A stretch of DNA of 64,000 bases from Anaerolineae bacterium. GTDB taxonomy: Bacteria; Chloroflexota; Anaerolineae; B4-G1; SLSP01. The position numbers and the translations under genes were made by a program. The stretch spans positions 32,818-96,817 of the forward strand of contig DAOUGD010000126.1 in the NCBI GenBank assembly GCA_034429475.1, given 5' to 3'. The notes beneath the pieces are model-generated. The model ran no database searches. It was not told where the DNA came from and saw only the letters and a program-made list of their open reading frames with translations. This document shows, in pieces, positions 18,603 to 28,420 of this stretch (position 1 is its first letter; the number at the start of each line of letters is the position of its first letter).

Positions 18603-18762
18603 CTCCCTTCCAAACATCAAAATCCGCAAGTTGGGATAACTACAGGGGAGGAATGCCCTCCCCCATTTGGGGCGGAATGGCGCATGATGCCTCATCTAGT
18701 GCCACCGGTAGTAGTGATTCGACTACGCGAACTTGCGGATTTTGTCCCTTGGAAGGGAGTAT
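18603..18762. repeat. inverted repeat with ~31-bp arms enclosing a ~97-nt GC-rich hairpin-containing core
   Basis: The arms ACTCCCTTCCAAACATCAAAATCCGCAAGTT and AACTTGCGGATTTTGTCCCTTGGAAGGGAGTA are near-perfect reverse complements. Confidence 0.6.
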
Positions 18763-18770
18763 GCACCTAT

Positions 18771-18826
18771 TTCCTACTTCCTACTTCCTACTCCCTACTC
18801 CCTACTCCCTACTTCCTACTTTGACT
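18771..18826. repeat. 7-mer tandem repeat (TACTTCC / TACTCCC x8)
   Basis: Read directly from the sequence. Confidence 0.7.
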
Positions 18827-18831
18827 TGTAC

Positions 18832-18859
18832 CCCACGCCGACTATACTGGACGTTACAT
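18832..18859 (+). promoter_or_regulatory. sigma70-like promoter TTGACT-16 bp-TATACT upstream of ppgK-like gene
   Basis: Near-consensus hexamers, followed by a GGAGAAGGAGG RBS and an ATG at 18884. Confidence 0.45.
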
Positions 18860-18883
18860 TTTGGAGAAGGAGGCGATGAGACG

Positions 18884-19636
18884 ATGAAGATTTTAGGGGT
18901 GGACATTGGCGGATCGGGCATCAAGGGCGCGCCGGTAGACGTTGTGACCGGGCAGTTATTGGCCGAGCGACACCGGATTGATACACCCGAAGGGGCCGAG
19001 CCGGAGGCGGTGGCGAAGGTGGTCGGGAAGATCGCGCGCCATTTTGAGTGGACTGGCCCGATTGGGTGTTGTTTCCCGGCAGTGATTCAGCACGGGATTG
19101 CTCGCACGGCGGCCAACGTGTCGAAAGCCTGGATCGGGACGAACGCCGAGATGTTGTTTGCCCAGGCGACCGGCTGCCCGGTGCGGGTGCTCAACGACGC
19201 CGACGCGGCCGGGCTGGCGGAAGTTCGCTTTGGGGCCGGCAAGGGCGTGGCGGGTCTCATCTTGATCGTGACCATCGGCACCGGCCTGGGGACGGCGTTA
19301 TTCACGGATGGACATCTGGTGCCCAACACCGAACTCGGCCACATCGAGATCAACGGCGCGGACGCCGAACTCAGCGCCACCGACGCCGCGCGCCAGCGCG
19401 AAGACATGTCCTGGAAGCAGTGGGGCAAGCGCTTCAACGTCTATTTGCAGCGGATGCACGCGCTGCTCTGGCCCGATCTGATCATCCTGGGTGGCGGGGC
19501 GAGCAAGAAGCTCGACAAGTTTAGCGAGTATTTAACCGTGCCCACCAAAATCGTCCCGGCCGCCGCGTTGAACGACGCCGGCATGATCGGCGCGGCGCTG
19601 GCCGCCGAGTCGCTCAGCGCGCCGGATAGCCGGTAA
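18884..19636 (+). CDS. ppgK: ROK-family polyphosphate/ATP-dependent glucokinase
   Basis: [19 protein letters not shown], as in PpgK-type glucokinases. The longer ORF from 18506 only translates the repeat DNA. Confidence 0.7.
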   Translation: MKILGVDIGGSGIKGAPVDVVTGQLLAERHRIDTPEGAEPEAVAKVVGKIARHFEWTGPIGCCFPAVIQHGIARTAANVSKAWIGTNAEMLFAQATGCPVRVLNDADAAGLAEVRFGAGKGVAGLILIVTIGTGLGTALFTDGHLVPNTELGHIEINGADAELSATDAARQREDMSWKQWGKRFNVYLQRMHALLWPDLIILGGGASKKLDKFSEYLTVPTKIVPAAALNDAGMIGAALAAESLSAPDSR

Positions 19637-21173
19637 TCTTCTGGATTTCCTCGTACAGCGGCTGGAGCCGCTTGTACATCTGGCGGTAGACCCGGCGATA
19701 GAGGCCGTCGTAGATGTCGCGCGTCGCCGGGTCGGGATCAAACACCTCCCCAACGTGCGTCATCTCGCGCACGGCGGTGGGGAAGTCCGGGTGCAGCTTC
19801 AACCCTACAGCGGCGTCAATGGCCGCGCCCAGCCCCGACGTTTCGTAGGTGTGCGGGCGGGCGGTGGGCAGGCCGAAGATGTCGGCGGTGAGCTGCATGG
19901 CGGCGTCGCTCTGGGAGCCGCCGCCGGAAACGCGCAGTTCGGTGATGGGGATGCCGCTGCGCTTTTCGGTGCGCTCCTTGCCCTCGCGCAGGGCGTAGGC
20001 CAGGCCTTCCAGCATGGCGCGGTAGAGATGCGCGCGCGTGTGGACGTCCCCAAAGCCGATGACGGCCCCCTTCGCCTCTGGGCCGGGCATCTTCAAGCCC
20101 GGCGACCAGTACGGTTGTAACAGCAATCCCATAGACCCCGGCGGCGCCTGCCGCACCAGCTCGTTGAGCAGCGATTCCGGTTCGACGCCCTCCTCGCTGG
20201 CGCGGTGCTGTTCCGGCCAGCCAAATTCCTCTTTGAACCAGTTGACCATCCAGTAACCCCGGTAGATTTGGACTTCCAGGCTGTAATGTCCCGGCACGGC
20301 GGAGGGGTAGGGGGGGATGAGCGGGATGACCTCGATGTAGTCCTTGTGCGTGGTGTTGATGGTGGCCGTCGTGCCGTAGCTCAGGCAGCCGATGTGCGGA
20401 TCGAGGCTGCCCGCGCCAATGACCTCGCAGGCTTTGTCGGCGGCGGCGGCGATGACGGGCAGACCGGCCGGCAGGCCGGTGGCTTCGGCGGCGGCGCGCG
20501 TCACCTCGCCCAGCCGCCCGGCGGGCGGGACGAGGTCGGGCAGGATGCGTGGTTCCATCGGGATGGCGCGCCATTTCCAATCCCACGCCCTGGCCCAGGT
20601 CAGCGACTTATAATCGAAGGGCAGGTAGCCGACCTGACAGCCGGTGGAATCCACGAATTTTCCGGTGAGTTTGTGGGTCAGGTAGGCGGAGAGGAACAGG
20701 TATTTGTGGGTGGCGTGCCAGATCTCCGGCTGATGGGTGCGGATCCAGTTGGCTTCCCCCTCGGCTTGCAGGTAGGCGACCGTCTGCGACATCCCCGACA
20801 GCCGGAACAGCAGCCCCCACAGACCGCCGACGGGCCGCAAGCCCTCGGAGCGACGCTGATCGAGCCAGACGATGGCCGGGCGTAGCGGCTTCCCCTGCGC
20901 GTCCACGTTGATCATCGTGGCGCGCTGCGTCGTCACGGCCAGCCCGGCGATGGCGTCTTTGGGGATGCTGCTTTTTTCCCAAAGCTGTTGGCACGCCGCG
21001 CAGAATTGCTGCCAGTAATACTCCGGGTCTTGCTCCGCCCACCCCGGCTGCGGGGAGACATAGGACGTCATCGGGATGCGGACTTTTTCCACCAGCGTCC
21101 CCTGCAAATCGAAAATCAGCGCGCGCACGCTTTGCGTGCCGCTGTCTATGGCGAGGATGTAATCTTTGGTCAT
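19614..21173 (-). CDS. FGGY-family carbohydrate kinase (xylulokinase/glycerol-kinase-like)
   Basis: N-terminal [17 protein letters not shown] and 519 aa. Confidence 0.75.
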   Translation of the reverse strand: MTKDYILAIDSGTQSVRALIFDLQGTLVEKVRIPMTSYVSPQPGWAEQDPEYYWQQFCAACQQLWEKSSIPKDAIAGLAVTTQRATMINVDAQGKPLRPAIVWLDQRRSEGLRPVGGLWGLLFRLSGMSQTVAYLQAEGEANWIRTHQPEIWHATHKYLFLSAYLTHKLTGKFVDSTGCQVGYLPFDYKSLTWARAWDWKWRAIPMEPRILPDLVPPAGRLGEVTRAAAEATGLPAGLPVIAAAADKACEVIGAGSLDPHIGCLSYGTTATINTTHKDYIEVIPLIPPYPSAVPGHYSLEVQIYRGYWMVNWFKEEFGWPEQHRASEEGVEPESLLNELVRQAPPGSMGLLLQPYWSPGLKMPGPEAKGAVIGFGDVHTRAHLYRAMLEGLAYALREGKERTEKRSGIPITELRVSGGGSQSDAAMQLTADIFGLPTARPHTYETSGLGAAIDAAVGLKLHPDFPTAVREMTHVGEVFDPDPATRDIYDGLYRRVYRQMYKRLQPLYEEIQKITGYPAR

Positions 21174-21269
21174 GGTGCCTCCGGCAAGTGTGGTATGGGA
21201 GATGGGGGGAGGGGATGAGGGGGAGAAGCGTTTCCCTTACTTCCTATCTCCCATTTCCTAAATAGAAGC

Positions 21270-21299
21270 TCAACGGATTTAACGGATTCAACGGAAGGA
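21270..21299. repeat. AACGGAT-unit element, copy B (single arm: TCAACGGATTTAACGGATTCAACGGAAGGA)
   Basis: Belongs to the same family as the element at 4346. Confidence 0.6.
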
Positions 21300-21310
21300 T
21301 GCCGCCTTCT

Positions 21311-21691
21311 TTACTTGAAGTCTTCAAGGAAGCGCACGACATTCATCATTTCATCGGCGGTGACGGAGTTCAGCAGGTTAAGCACGCGGCGCAGCAGTGT
21401 GCCACGATCCAGTTGGGCCGAGATGATCAGGCCATAAAAGGGTTTGCTCGCGTAGAAGTAGTCCGCAGCCATTTCGACAAAACGCCCGCCATCTTTGTCG
21501 TAGGTCAGAAAGGCGCGACCCTCGGCAGCCGCATAATCCCATTGCGCTTCGTCCGCCAAACCGGCGCGGTTGACTTCATAGACGTTCACGACGTCAAAGC
21601 CGTGCTCGCGCAGTTGGGCGGACAATTTGCTCCAGACATGTTCATCTATGTACAGCCGGATGTAAAGGGGATCGGTGACAGCGTCGCCCAC
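21311..21691 (-). CDS. DUF5615-family (PIN-like) putative toxin
   Basis: 126 aa with the pattern typical of DUF5615 partners of DUF433. It is 3 nt downstream of the DUF433 gene. Confidence 0.55.
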   Translation of the reverse strand: MGDAVTDPLYIRLYIDEHVWSKLSAQLREHGFDVVNVYEVNRAGLADEAQWDYAAAEGRAFLTYDKDGGRFVEMAADYFYASKPFYGLIISAQLDRGTLLRRVLNLLNSVTADEMMNVVRFLEDFK

Positions 21692-21694
21692 AGG

Positions 21695-22132
21695 TTATCT
21701 CCGCTGCCCGGTAATTCGCAGGTAATCTTCGGTGGAATTCATTCGCTCGCGGAGCTGCTGTCGGGCGGCGGCTTCGGTGGCTTCGGCTATTTCGTGGTCA
21801 ACTTCGTCGTGATGATCGTAGTAGTAGCTCAGGGCGTCATGCACATGGGCCGGCGTCAAGGCCGGATGGACTTCTTCGGCAAACGCCTCTGGCGCTAATC
21901 CCTGCTGGCTATAGCCCACGATGACGCTCACCGGCGTCCCGGATTCTTTTACTACGGCGCGTTTGCCCCAGGGAGATTGTTCCAGGGTGATATAGGGGTG
22001 TGTCGGCTGTAGCTCACGGCGTAATACCTCGTCGGCCAGTACATCCGGCGAGGAGGCGATTTGTTTGGCGCGCTGCGCCAGCAAGGTGTAGGTATAGGCG
22101 GATAGTTGAACGGTCATTGTCACTGTCATCAC
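21695..22132 (-). CDS. DUF433-family putative antitoxin
   Basis: The C-terminal DUF433 core (YITLEQSPWGKRAVVKESGTPVSVIV ... LTPAHVHDALSYY) is present. The N-terminal extension leaves the start uncertain. Confidence 0.55.
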   Translation of the reverse strand: MMTVTMTVQLSAYTYTLLAQRAKQIASSPDVLADEVLRRELQPTHPYITLEQSPWGKRAVVKESGTPVSVIVGYSQQGLAPEAFAEEVHPALTPAHVHDALSYYYDHHDEVDHEIAEATEAAARQQLRERMNSTEDYLRITGQRR

Positions 22133-22177
22133 TCCCTCCGCTTTCTTTCAGTATACCATAGGTCTTGTGACTGGCTG

Positions 22178-23419
22178 TCAAAAGGGCAACAACGTCCCGT
22201 CGGCGTCAAACATTTCCTGCGGCTCACCGATGATTTCGATGTCGGGCCGGTCTTTGATTTCTTCCAGCACGGCCGGGGAGACGTAGACTTCGCTCAGGTG
22301 CAGGGTGTTGGGGATGCGCAGGATGCGTTCCTGGCCGGGCGGGAGTTGGTTGCAACTGATCCGCGCCCACTCGTAGGCCTGGGCGTCGGTGGCGGCGACC
22401 GGCGGGATTCTGGCGCGATCCAGGAAGGTGCTGGTGGTGACGTTGGCGTAGGTCGCGGCGAAGTCCAGTTTGTCGAACAGGCGGCGGGTGGTGACGTTCG
22501 CCATCCCGATGCCGGTCGCGTTGCCGTGGGAGCCGTCCGTCAGATCGTGGACGACGAGCGCTTTGATGCGCGGGCGCTCCGGTTCGGGGACGCCGCGGAT
22601 CATCATCCGCCCGATGATGTTGGGGTCAATGCCCGTCCCGCTGAGGTCTTTGCCCATGCGGTCAATGAGCAGTACGTCCACGTCATCTACCGGCAGGCAG
22701 GGCATATTGGCTTTGGCGAGGCCGAGCAGGCTGGGTTCTTCCGCCATGATGGCGTCTGCCGGCAGCACTTTGACCAGCATCGTCTCGTCGTAGGCGTTTT
22801 CGACGACGGCGACGCCGAACAGGATTTTGCCGGTCGCCAGGATGCGTTGCGCGGTGGGCGGCATCCATTCGCACAGACCGCGGACGCCGTAGCTGTGGAC
22901 GGCCGTGGCCTGCCGGTGCTTGCCCAGGCCGATGACGCTCATTTTGACCAGGCCGCTTTCGTAGTCGCCGTGAAAGGCCGTGTGCGGCTTGATGCGATTG
23001 AGCAGGATGACGCCGTCGGCCTCGGAGGCGTAGCGATCCATATACACGGCGTTGGGCAAGTCCGGGGCGGGGATGACGATGACTTCGAGGGACGAGCGGA
23101 TCGGCGCGCCCATCGCGGCTTCGGTGATGCCGTAGTCCGCCAGGACGTCGGCCTGTCCTTCCGGCGTCGCGCCGCCGTGGCTGCCCATCGCCGGGATGAT
23201 GAACGGTTCACCGTCCGCGCTGCGCACGAAATCCACCACCGTCTTGACCAGCGTGGCATAGTTGGCGATCCCCCGGCTGCCCGCCGTGATGGCGATACGC
23301 GCGCCGGGGTGGATGGCAGCCTGCATTGGCGTCAGCGCCGCGACGAGAGCACCCCGCACATCGTCCAGGCGCGGGCGGGGGAAGGTCTGCTTGATTTTGG
23401 TGAGGTGCAAGGATGTCAT
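22178..23419 (-). CDS. LarA-like (DUF2088) nickel-pincer racemase-family protein
   Basis: Motifs ITAGSRGI, IIPAMGSHGGAT and IKPHTAFHGDYESGLVKMSVIGLG resemble LarA N-terminal motifs. The assignment is tentative. Confidence 0.45.
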   Translation of the reverse strand: MTSLHLTKIKQTFPRPRLDDVRGALVAALTPMQAAIHPGARIAITAGSRGIANYATLVKTVVDFVRSADGEPFIIPAMGSHGGATPEGQADVLADYGITEAAMGAPIRSSLEVIVIPAPDLPNAVYMDRYASEADGVILLNRIKPHTAFHGDYESGLVKMSVIGLGKHRQATAVHSYGVRGLCEWMPPTAQRILATGKILFGVAVVENAYDETMLVKVLPADAIMAEEPSLLGLAKANMPCLPVDDVDVLLIDRMGKDLSGTGIDPNIIGRMMIRGVPEPERPRIKALVVHDLTDGSHGNATGIGMANVTTRRLFDKLDFAATYANVTTSTFLDRARIPPVAATDAQAYEWARISCNQLPPGQERILRIPNTLHLSEVYVSPAVLEEIKDRPDIEIIGEPQEMFDADGTLLPF

Positions 23420-23440
23420 GAGTGTACCTCCGAAAATAAC

Positions 23441-23494
23441 AGGATTTACGGAATGGTAGGATCAAAAATCCGTTTCAATCCGTTAAATCCGTTG
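23441..23494. repeat. AACGGAT-unit element, copy C
   Basis: The right arm ATCCGTTTCAATCCGTTAAATCCGTTGA is complete; the left arm is degenerate. Confidence 0.65.
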
Positions 23495-23767
23495 AGAGGA
23501 TTTTCGTTTGTCCTTAACTTTACTGCTTGATAGGCGAAACGTCAAATGCGGTGGGGGGACTGTAGCCGATTTTGTTGCTGGCAAAGTGAGAATAACGGCG
23601 GTCTGCGGTCTGTCGTCGGCGGTCAAAGTACATCAGGTAGCAACCCGAGTTACGTAATGTGATAAAATGCCCTCAGTATTTTTTATTCAAGCCGGCCTGA
23701 ATCTCTGGCCGACAACCCTCTGCCATACGCAGAGCGGCGCTAATCCACCATAGTAAGGAGGTTAACG

Positions 23768-26700
23768 ATGAAGTCTGTATTGAAGCATTGGCATCGCGTG
23801 TTGATGTTGGCAGTGTTGTTGGCTGCCCTCTGGTCGACGGGGGTGATGACCGCGCCGGTGGGGGACGAAAAAATACCCCCCGCTGCGGAAGTCGCCAGAA
23901 CCGCCGCGCTGGTGTGCAAGGAAGGGCATTGCTCGACCAGCGAGGTCCCCGCGCCCAATATGGCGCAGCCAGAGGTCGCCGACGGCGAAGGGCTGCTGCG
24001 CCTGCGCGCCGGCGCGTTCGACCCGGCGCTTGGGGAACCGGTCATGGCGCCCGCTTTGATGCGCGCGCTGGACAACGCCCAAACCGGCCTGCGGTTGGTG
24101 CAGTTCCCCGGCCCAATTCAGGAGGCGTGGTACGCAGCTCTTGAAGCGAGCGGCCTGCACATCATCACGTACATTCCTGATTACGCCTATCTGGTGTGGG
24201 GCAATGGAGCCGCGGTGGAGACAGTACGCATGGCCGCGCCTTTAGCCTGGGCCGGCGACTACCACCCCTTCTACGCGCTCCATCCCGATCTGACACAGGT
24301 TGACCGATTGCCGGAACGCGTTAAGGTGACGGTCCAGGTCTACGCGCACAGTGAAGCCGCTATCGTCATCAAGGACATCCTGGCGCGCGCGACTGTGATC
24401 CAGGAACCCCATCCCTCGTTGGTGTACCAGAACATGAAGATCGAGATTGCCGCGACCGACCTGACATGGCTAGCGGCCTTGCCCGGCGTGGTCAATGTGG
24501 AACCGGCCCTGGAATATCAGATGATGGACGAAATTCAGGGGCAGATTATGGCCGGCAACCTCAACGCAGCCGGCACGCGGCCCGCCGGAACCGGCTACCG
24601 GACCTGGCTGAACGGGCTGGGCTTCCCCACCGATCCGGCGAACTACCCCATTGTGGATGTCACCGACGATGGGATTGACGACGGCGACGCCACCCCGCTG
24701 CATACGGACTTCTACGAATTCGGCAGCACCAGCAACCCCGACCGGCTCATCTACAACTACAATGGCACGACTGACGCTTCGGCGGACGGCGGCGGTGGGC
24801 ATGGGAACCTCAACGCTTCCATTGTGGCCGGGTACAACACGACCACCGGTTATCCCTACGAGGACGCCAGCGGCTACAACTATGGCCTGGGCATCAACCC
24901 CTACGGGCGTGTGGCGGGCAGTAAGGTCTTCCGCAATTCCGGGTCCTGGGACTATCTCGGTTCCAACGCCGCTCTGATCGGCAATTCCTACACCCTGGGC
25001 GCGCGCATCAGCAGCAACTCGTGGGGCGCGGACACCGGCGGCGGGTACACGATCGATTGCCAGGAATACGACGCCCTGGTGCGCGATGCTTTGAGTGGGA
25101 CCGGCGGCAATCAGGAAATGATCGTCGTCTTTTCGGCCGGCAACGCCGGTTCGAGTGGTAGCAATACGATTGGGTCGCCAGGGGCGGCCAAGAATGTGAT
25201 CACGGTGGGCGCGTCCGAGAACTACCGCCCGCTGGACACGGATGGTTGCAGCATCGGCCCCACCGGGGCGAATAACGCGCAGGACATCATCAATTTCTCC
25301 AGCCGCGGCCCGACCGACGACAGCCGGATCAAGCCGGACGTGGTGGCGCCGGGCACGCACGTGATGGGCGCGGCGTCGAAGTCTCCCAACTTTGATGGCA
25401 GCGGCGTCTGCGGACCGGCGAGCGGTCTCTACTATCCCACTTCTCCGGCGCAAACGCTGTATACCTGGTCTTCCGGCACCAGTCACTCCACCCCCGCTGT
25501 GGCCGGGGCGGCCTCGCTCATTTACTATTACCATGAGACCAACTTCGGCGGCGTGGCGCCCAGTCCGGCGTTGATGAAGGCGTATCTGGTTCACGCGACC
25601 ACGTATATGACCGGTACCTATGCCAATGACACCCTGCCTTCCAACAACCAGGGATACGGTCTGACGAATCTGAGTCGCGCCTTCGATACGGTGGGTAAGT
25701 ACGTTGAGGATCAAGGTCAAATCTTTGGCGCGACCGGCGCGGCCTACGCCTACTATGGTAACGTCGAGGATTCGGGCGAGCCGGTGCGCGTGGTGTTGGC
25801 CTGGACGGACGCGCCTGGCCCGACGACCGGCAACGCTTACGTGAATAACCTGAACCTGACCGTGCAGATCAGCGGGGAGACCTACCTGGGCAACGTCTTC
25901 TCCGGCGGAGCTTCGACCACGGGCGGGACGGCGGACGCACGCAACAATGTAGAAAGCGTCTTTCTGCCGGCCGGCTTCAGCGGAGCGTTCACCGTCACCG
26001 TCGGCGCGGCCAACATCGCCGGCGACGGGGTGCCAGGCAACGCCGACACCACCGACCAGGACTTTGCGTTGTTGGTTTACAACACGAGCAACAGAAGCGA
26101 CCTAGTTGGATACATTGCGGGCACGGTGACGGACAGCAGCACCAGCGCGACCATCGCTAACGCGCGCGTTAGTGTCTATTTCAGCACCCTGACCGGCGCC
26201 GATGGAAAATACCGCCTCGCTGTTATCTCAGGTACCCACACGGTCACGGCGCAGGGGTATGGCTATATCCCGGCGTCTGCGACCGGTGTTGTCGTTACCA
26301 CAGGCATGACGACCACCCAGGACTTCACCCTGTCGCCCGCGCCGTCCTACATCCTCACCGGCACGGTGACGGACGCCAGCACCGGCTGGGCGCTTTACGC
26401 CTCGGTGGAGATTACGCCGGACGGCTATCCGGCGTTCACTGTGTGGACCAACCCCTGGACGGGCGTGTACAGCGTGACGCTGGCGGGCAGCTACCCCCAC
26501 ACCCTCACCGTGGAACCGTGGAGCGGCATCCCCGGCTACGTGGGTCAGAGCCGGCAGGTCAATTTGAGCGCGAATCGGTATAACGAGAACTTCGCGCTGG
26601 CGGCAGGCGCCCCGACGTGTAATGCGCCGGGGTATACCAGGGTTGGCCTGAACGAGGGGTTTGAATCCGCCACCTTCCCGCCCACCGGCTGGGCCAGCTT

Positions 26701-28171
26701 CCGGGGCGCAAATGGCTTGGGCACCGGCTATGATTGGGTGCGCACTACAACAGCCTATGCGGGCAGCGGCGCCGCGTATGTCCGTTATGAAGACGTGACG
26801 GGCGGCTTAGCGCAAGACTGGCTGGTGACGCCGCAAGTGCATCCGACGGCGGGGAATAGCCTCTTGAGCTTTTATATGCGGCAATACTATTCCTCCGACT
26901 GGAACACAACTTATACTATTCGTGTTTCTACGGGGAGTCAGACCACCCACGCGGATTTCACGACCGTGCGAACCTATACCGAGACTGACTTTGGCCTCAC
27001 CTACCAACCGTTCACAGTGGATCTGAGCGCGTATGTGGACCAGGATATCTACATCGCCTTTGTGATGGAACAGGACGATGGTGATAACTGGTATCTGGAC
27101 AATGTAGCGATGGCAGCCTGCATACCCCCCACCGGCGGCCTGATCGCCGGCAGTGTCTATAACCGCTACTCCCACGTTTCACTTACCGGCGCAACGGTCC
27201 GCAACCAGGATGGGTACACGCGCATCACCGCAGCCACGCCCGCCGATCCCGCGCGCAGCGAAAGCTTCTACGTCCTTTACTCACCGGCCGGTAGCAAGAC
27301 CTTCACGGCCACCATGAGCGGCTACGCGCCGGTCGTGCTCAACAACATCCCGGTGGTCGCCGGAAAAACCGGGCGGCAGGATTTCCTCTTCGGTAACGCC
27401 TTTGTCTCGCAGCAGACCGGCAATTGGAGCGGCAGCGCGTGGGCCAGCGGGACGCCCTCGGCCAACGACTGGGTCACGGTCACGACCGGGCACGTCGTCA
27501 CGGTGGATAGCGCGACGGCGGCCTGCTACGGGCTGACGGTCATGCCCGGCGGCACGTTGGTCATCCCGGCCGGTAACACGCTCACGGTGGAAGGCGTGGT
27601 GCAGAACAATGGCACGCTGCGTCAGACGCAGAACGTGGCGGCCAGCGGTTCTACCCGCTTCCTGAACCTTCAGAATCAGGCCGGCACGGCCAGCGCGTAC
27701 TACGGTGTGGACATCACGCCGGCCGCCGGGTCGGGCAGCACCACCGTGGAAGTGCGCGGCAATCAAGCCGCTTGCACGCAGAACGGCGGCGTCGGGGATA
27801 CTGCGCTGCTCAAGCGCTGCTTCGAGATTGATACCCCCGTCACCAACGCCACCGTGCGCTTCTGGTATACGACGCCCGAGCTGAACGGGCAGACGCCCAA
27901 CGCGCTGCGCCTCTGGCACTACGACGGCGCGCAGGTGTGGTCTGAGGCTGGCAGCGGCGCCTACAGCTACTCCGGCGCCACCTGCGCGGGTGATTGCTGG
28001 GTCCAGCGCGGCAACATCACCGCCTTCTCACCGTTCACGGTGGGCGGCGGCGCGGCCCCCACAGCCATCGAGTCGCTCGGCGCACGTGGGGAAAGCAGCC
28101 TGCTGCTCGCCGGTCTGGTGGTGATGGCGTTGGGACTCGTGGGCGTCGGGCGCAAACGCCTGCGCCGTTAG
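23768..28171 (+). CDS. secreted multidomain subtilisin-like (S8) serine protease with C-terminal TM anchor
   Basis: Perfect TAAGGAGG RBS and a signal peptide. Catalytic triad motifs VDVTDDGID, HGNLNASIVAG and GTSHSTPAVAGAAS are present. It also carries carboxypeptidase-regulatory-like repeats, a choice-of-anchor-J/MAM-like domain (NEGFESATFPPTGWASF) and a C-terminal hydrophobic stretch plus RKRLRR. Confidence 0.8.
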   Translation: MKSVLKHWHRVLMLAVLLAALWSTGVMTAPVGDEKIPPAAEVARTAALVCKEGHCSTSEVPAPNMAQPEVADGEGLLRLRAGAFDPALGEPVMAPALMRALDNAQTGLRLVQFPGPIQEAWYAALEASGLHIITYIPDYAYLVWGNGAAVETVRMAAPLAWAGDYHPFYALHPDLTQVDRLPERVKVTVQVYAHSEAAIVIKDILARATVIQEPHPSLVYQNMKIEIAATDLTWLAALPGVVNVEPALEYQMMDEIQGQIMAGNLNAAGTRPAGTGYRTWLNGLGFPTDPANYPIVDVTDDGIDDGDATPLHTDFYEFGSTSNPDRLIYNYNGTTDASADGGGGHGNLNASIVAGYNTTTGYPYEDASGYNYGLGINPYGRVAGSKVFRNSGSWDYLGSNAALIGNSYTLGARISSNSWGADTGGGYTIDCQEYDALVRDALSGTGGNQEMIVVFSAGNAGSSGSNTIGSPGAAKNVITVGASENYRPLDTDGCSIGPTGANNAQDIINFSSRGPTDDSRIKPDVVAPGTHVMGAASKSPNFDGSGVCGPASGLYYPTSPAQTLYTWSSGTSHSTPAVAGAASLIYYYHETNFGGVAPSPALMKAYLVHATTYMTGTYANDTLPSNNQGYGLTNLSRAFDTVGKYVEDQGQIFGATGAAYAYYGNVEDSGEPVRVVLAWTDAPGPTTGNAYVNNLNLTVQISGETYLGNVFSGGASTTGGTADARNNVESVFLPAGFSGAFTVTVGAANIAGDGVPGNADTTDQDFALLVYNTSNRSDLVGYIAGTVTDSSTSATIANARVSVYFSTLTGADGKYRLAVISGTHTVTAQGYGYIPASATGVVVTTGMTTTQDFTLSPAPSYILTGTVTDASTGWALYASVEITPDGYPAFTVWTNPWTGVYSVTLAGSYPHTLTVEPWSGIPGYVGQSRQVNLSANRYNENFALAAGAPTCNAPGYTRVGLNEGFESATFPPTGWASFRGANGLGTGYDWVRTTTAYAGSGAAYVRYEDVTGGLAQDWLVTPQVHPTAGNSLLSFYMRQYYSSDWNTTYTIRVSTGSQTTHADFTTVRTYTETDFGLTYQPFTVDLSAYVDQDIYIAFVMEQDDGDNWYLDNVAMAACIPPTGGLIAGSVYNRYSHVSLTGATVRNQDGYTRITAATPADPARSESFYVLYSPAGSKTFTATMSGYAPVVLNNIPVVAGKTGRQDFLFGNAFVSQQTGNWSGSAWASGTPSANDWVTVTTGHVVTVDSATAACYGLTVMPGGTLVIPAGNTLTVEGVVQNNGTLRQTQNVAASGSTRFLNLQNQAGTASAYYGVDITPAAGSGSTTVEVRGNQAACTQNGGVGDTALLKRCFEIDTPVTNATVRFWYTTPELNGQTPNALRLWHYDGAQVWSEAGSGAYSYSGATCAGDCWVQRGNITAFSPFTVGGGAAPTAIESLGARGESSLLLAGLVVMALGLVGVGRKRLRR

Positions 28172-28203
28172 TCGCTAAACGCGCTTAACCAACTTTTTCG
28201 GCC

Positions 28204-28240
28204 CTTCCCGGAAGTGGATTTGTCCATTTCCGGGAAGGGT
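28204..28240 (+). terminator. hairpin (12-bp stem CCCTTCCCGGAA / TTCCGGGAAGGG) after the protease gene
   Basis: A perfect inverted repeat with a weak T-tract. Confidence 0.4.
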
Positions 28241-28334
28241 GTGTATAGGGCGCGCAAGCTGATGGACCACGCCTGCTCAGCGGATTTTGCGACTGAAACC
28301 GCCGGTAAGAAGGGGGGGGGCGGGCGGTAGTTTG

Positions 28335-28362
28335 TTGACCTCCCTCCAAACCCCCGTATACT
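28335..28362 (+). promoter_or_regulatory. sigma70-like promoter TTGACC-16 bp-TATACT; a G-rich tract (G9-C-GGG-C-GG, ~28311-28327) lies just upstream
   Basis: Read directly from the sequence ~60 nt upstream of the TPR-AAA gene. Confidence 0.4.
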
Positions 28363-28420
28363 CTCACCCAACAGACTTTCAACTTTGAACTTGTAACTTT
28401 CGACTCTTATCGAGGAGCCT

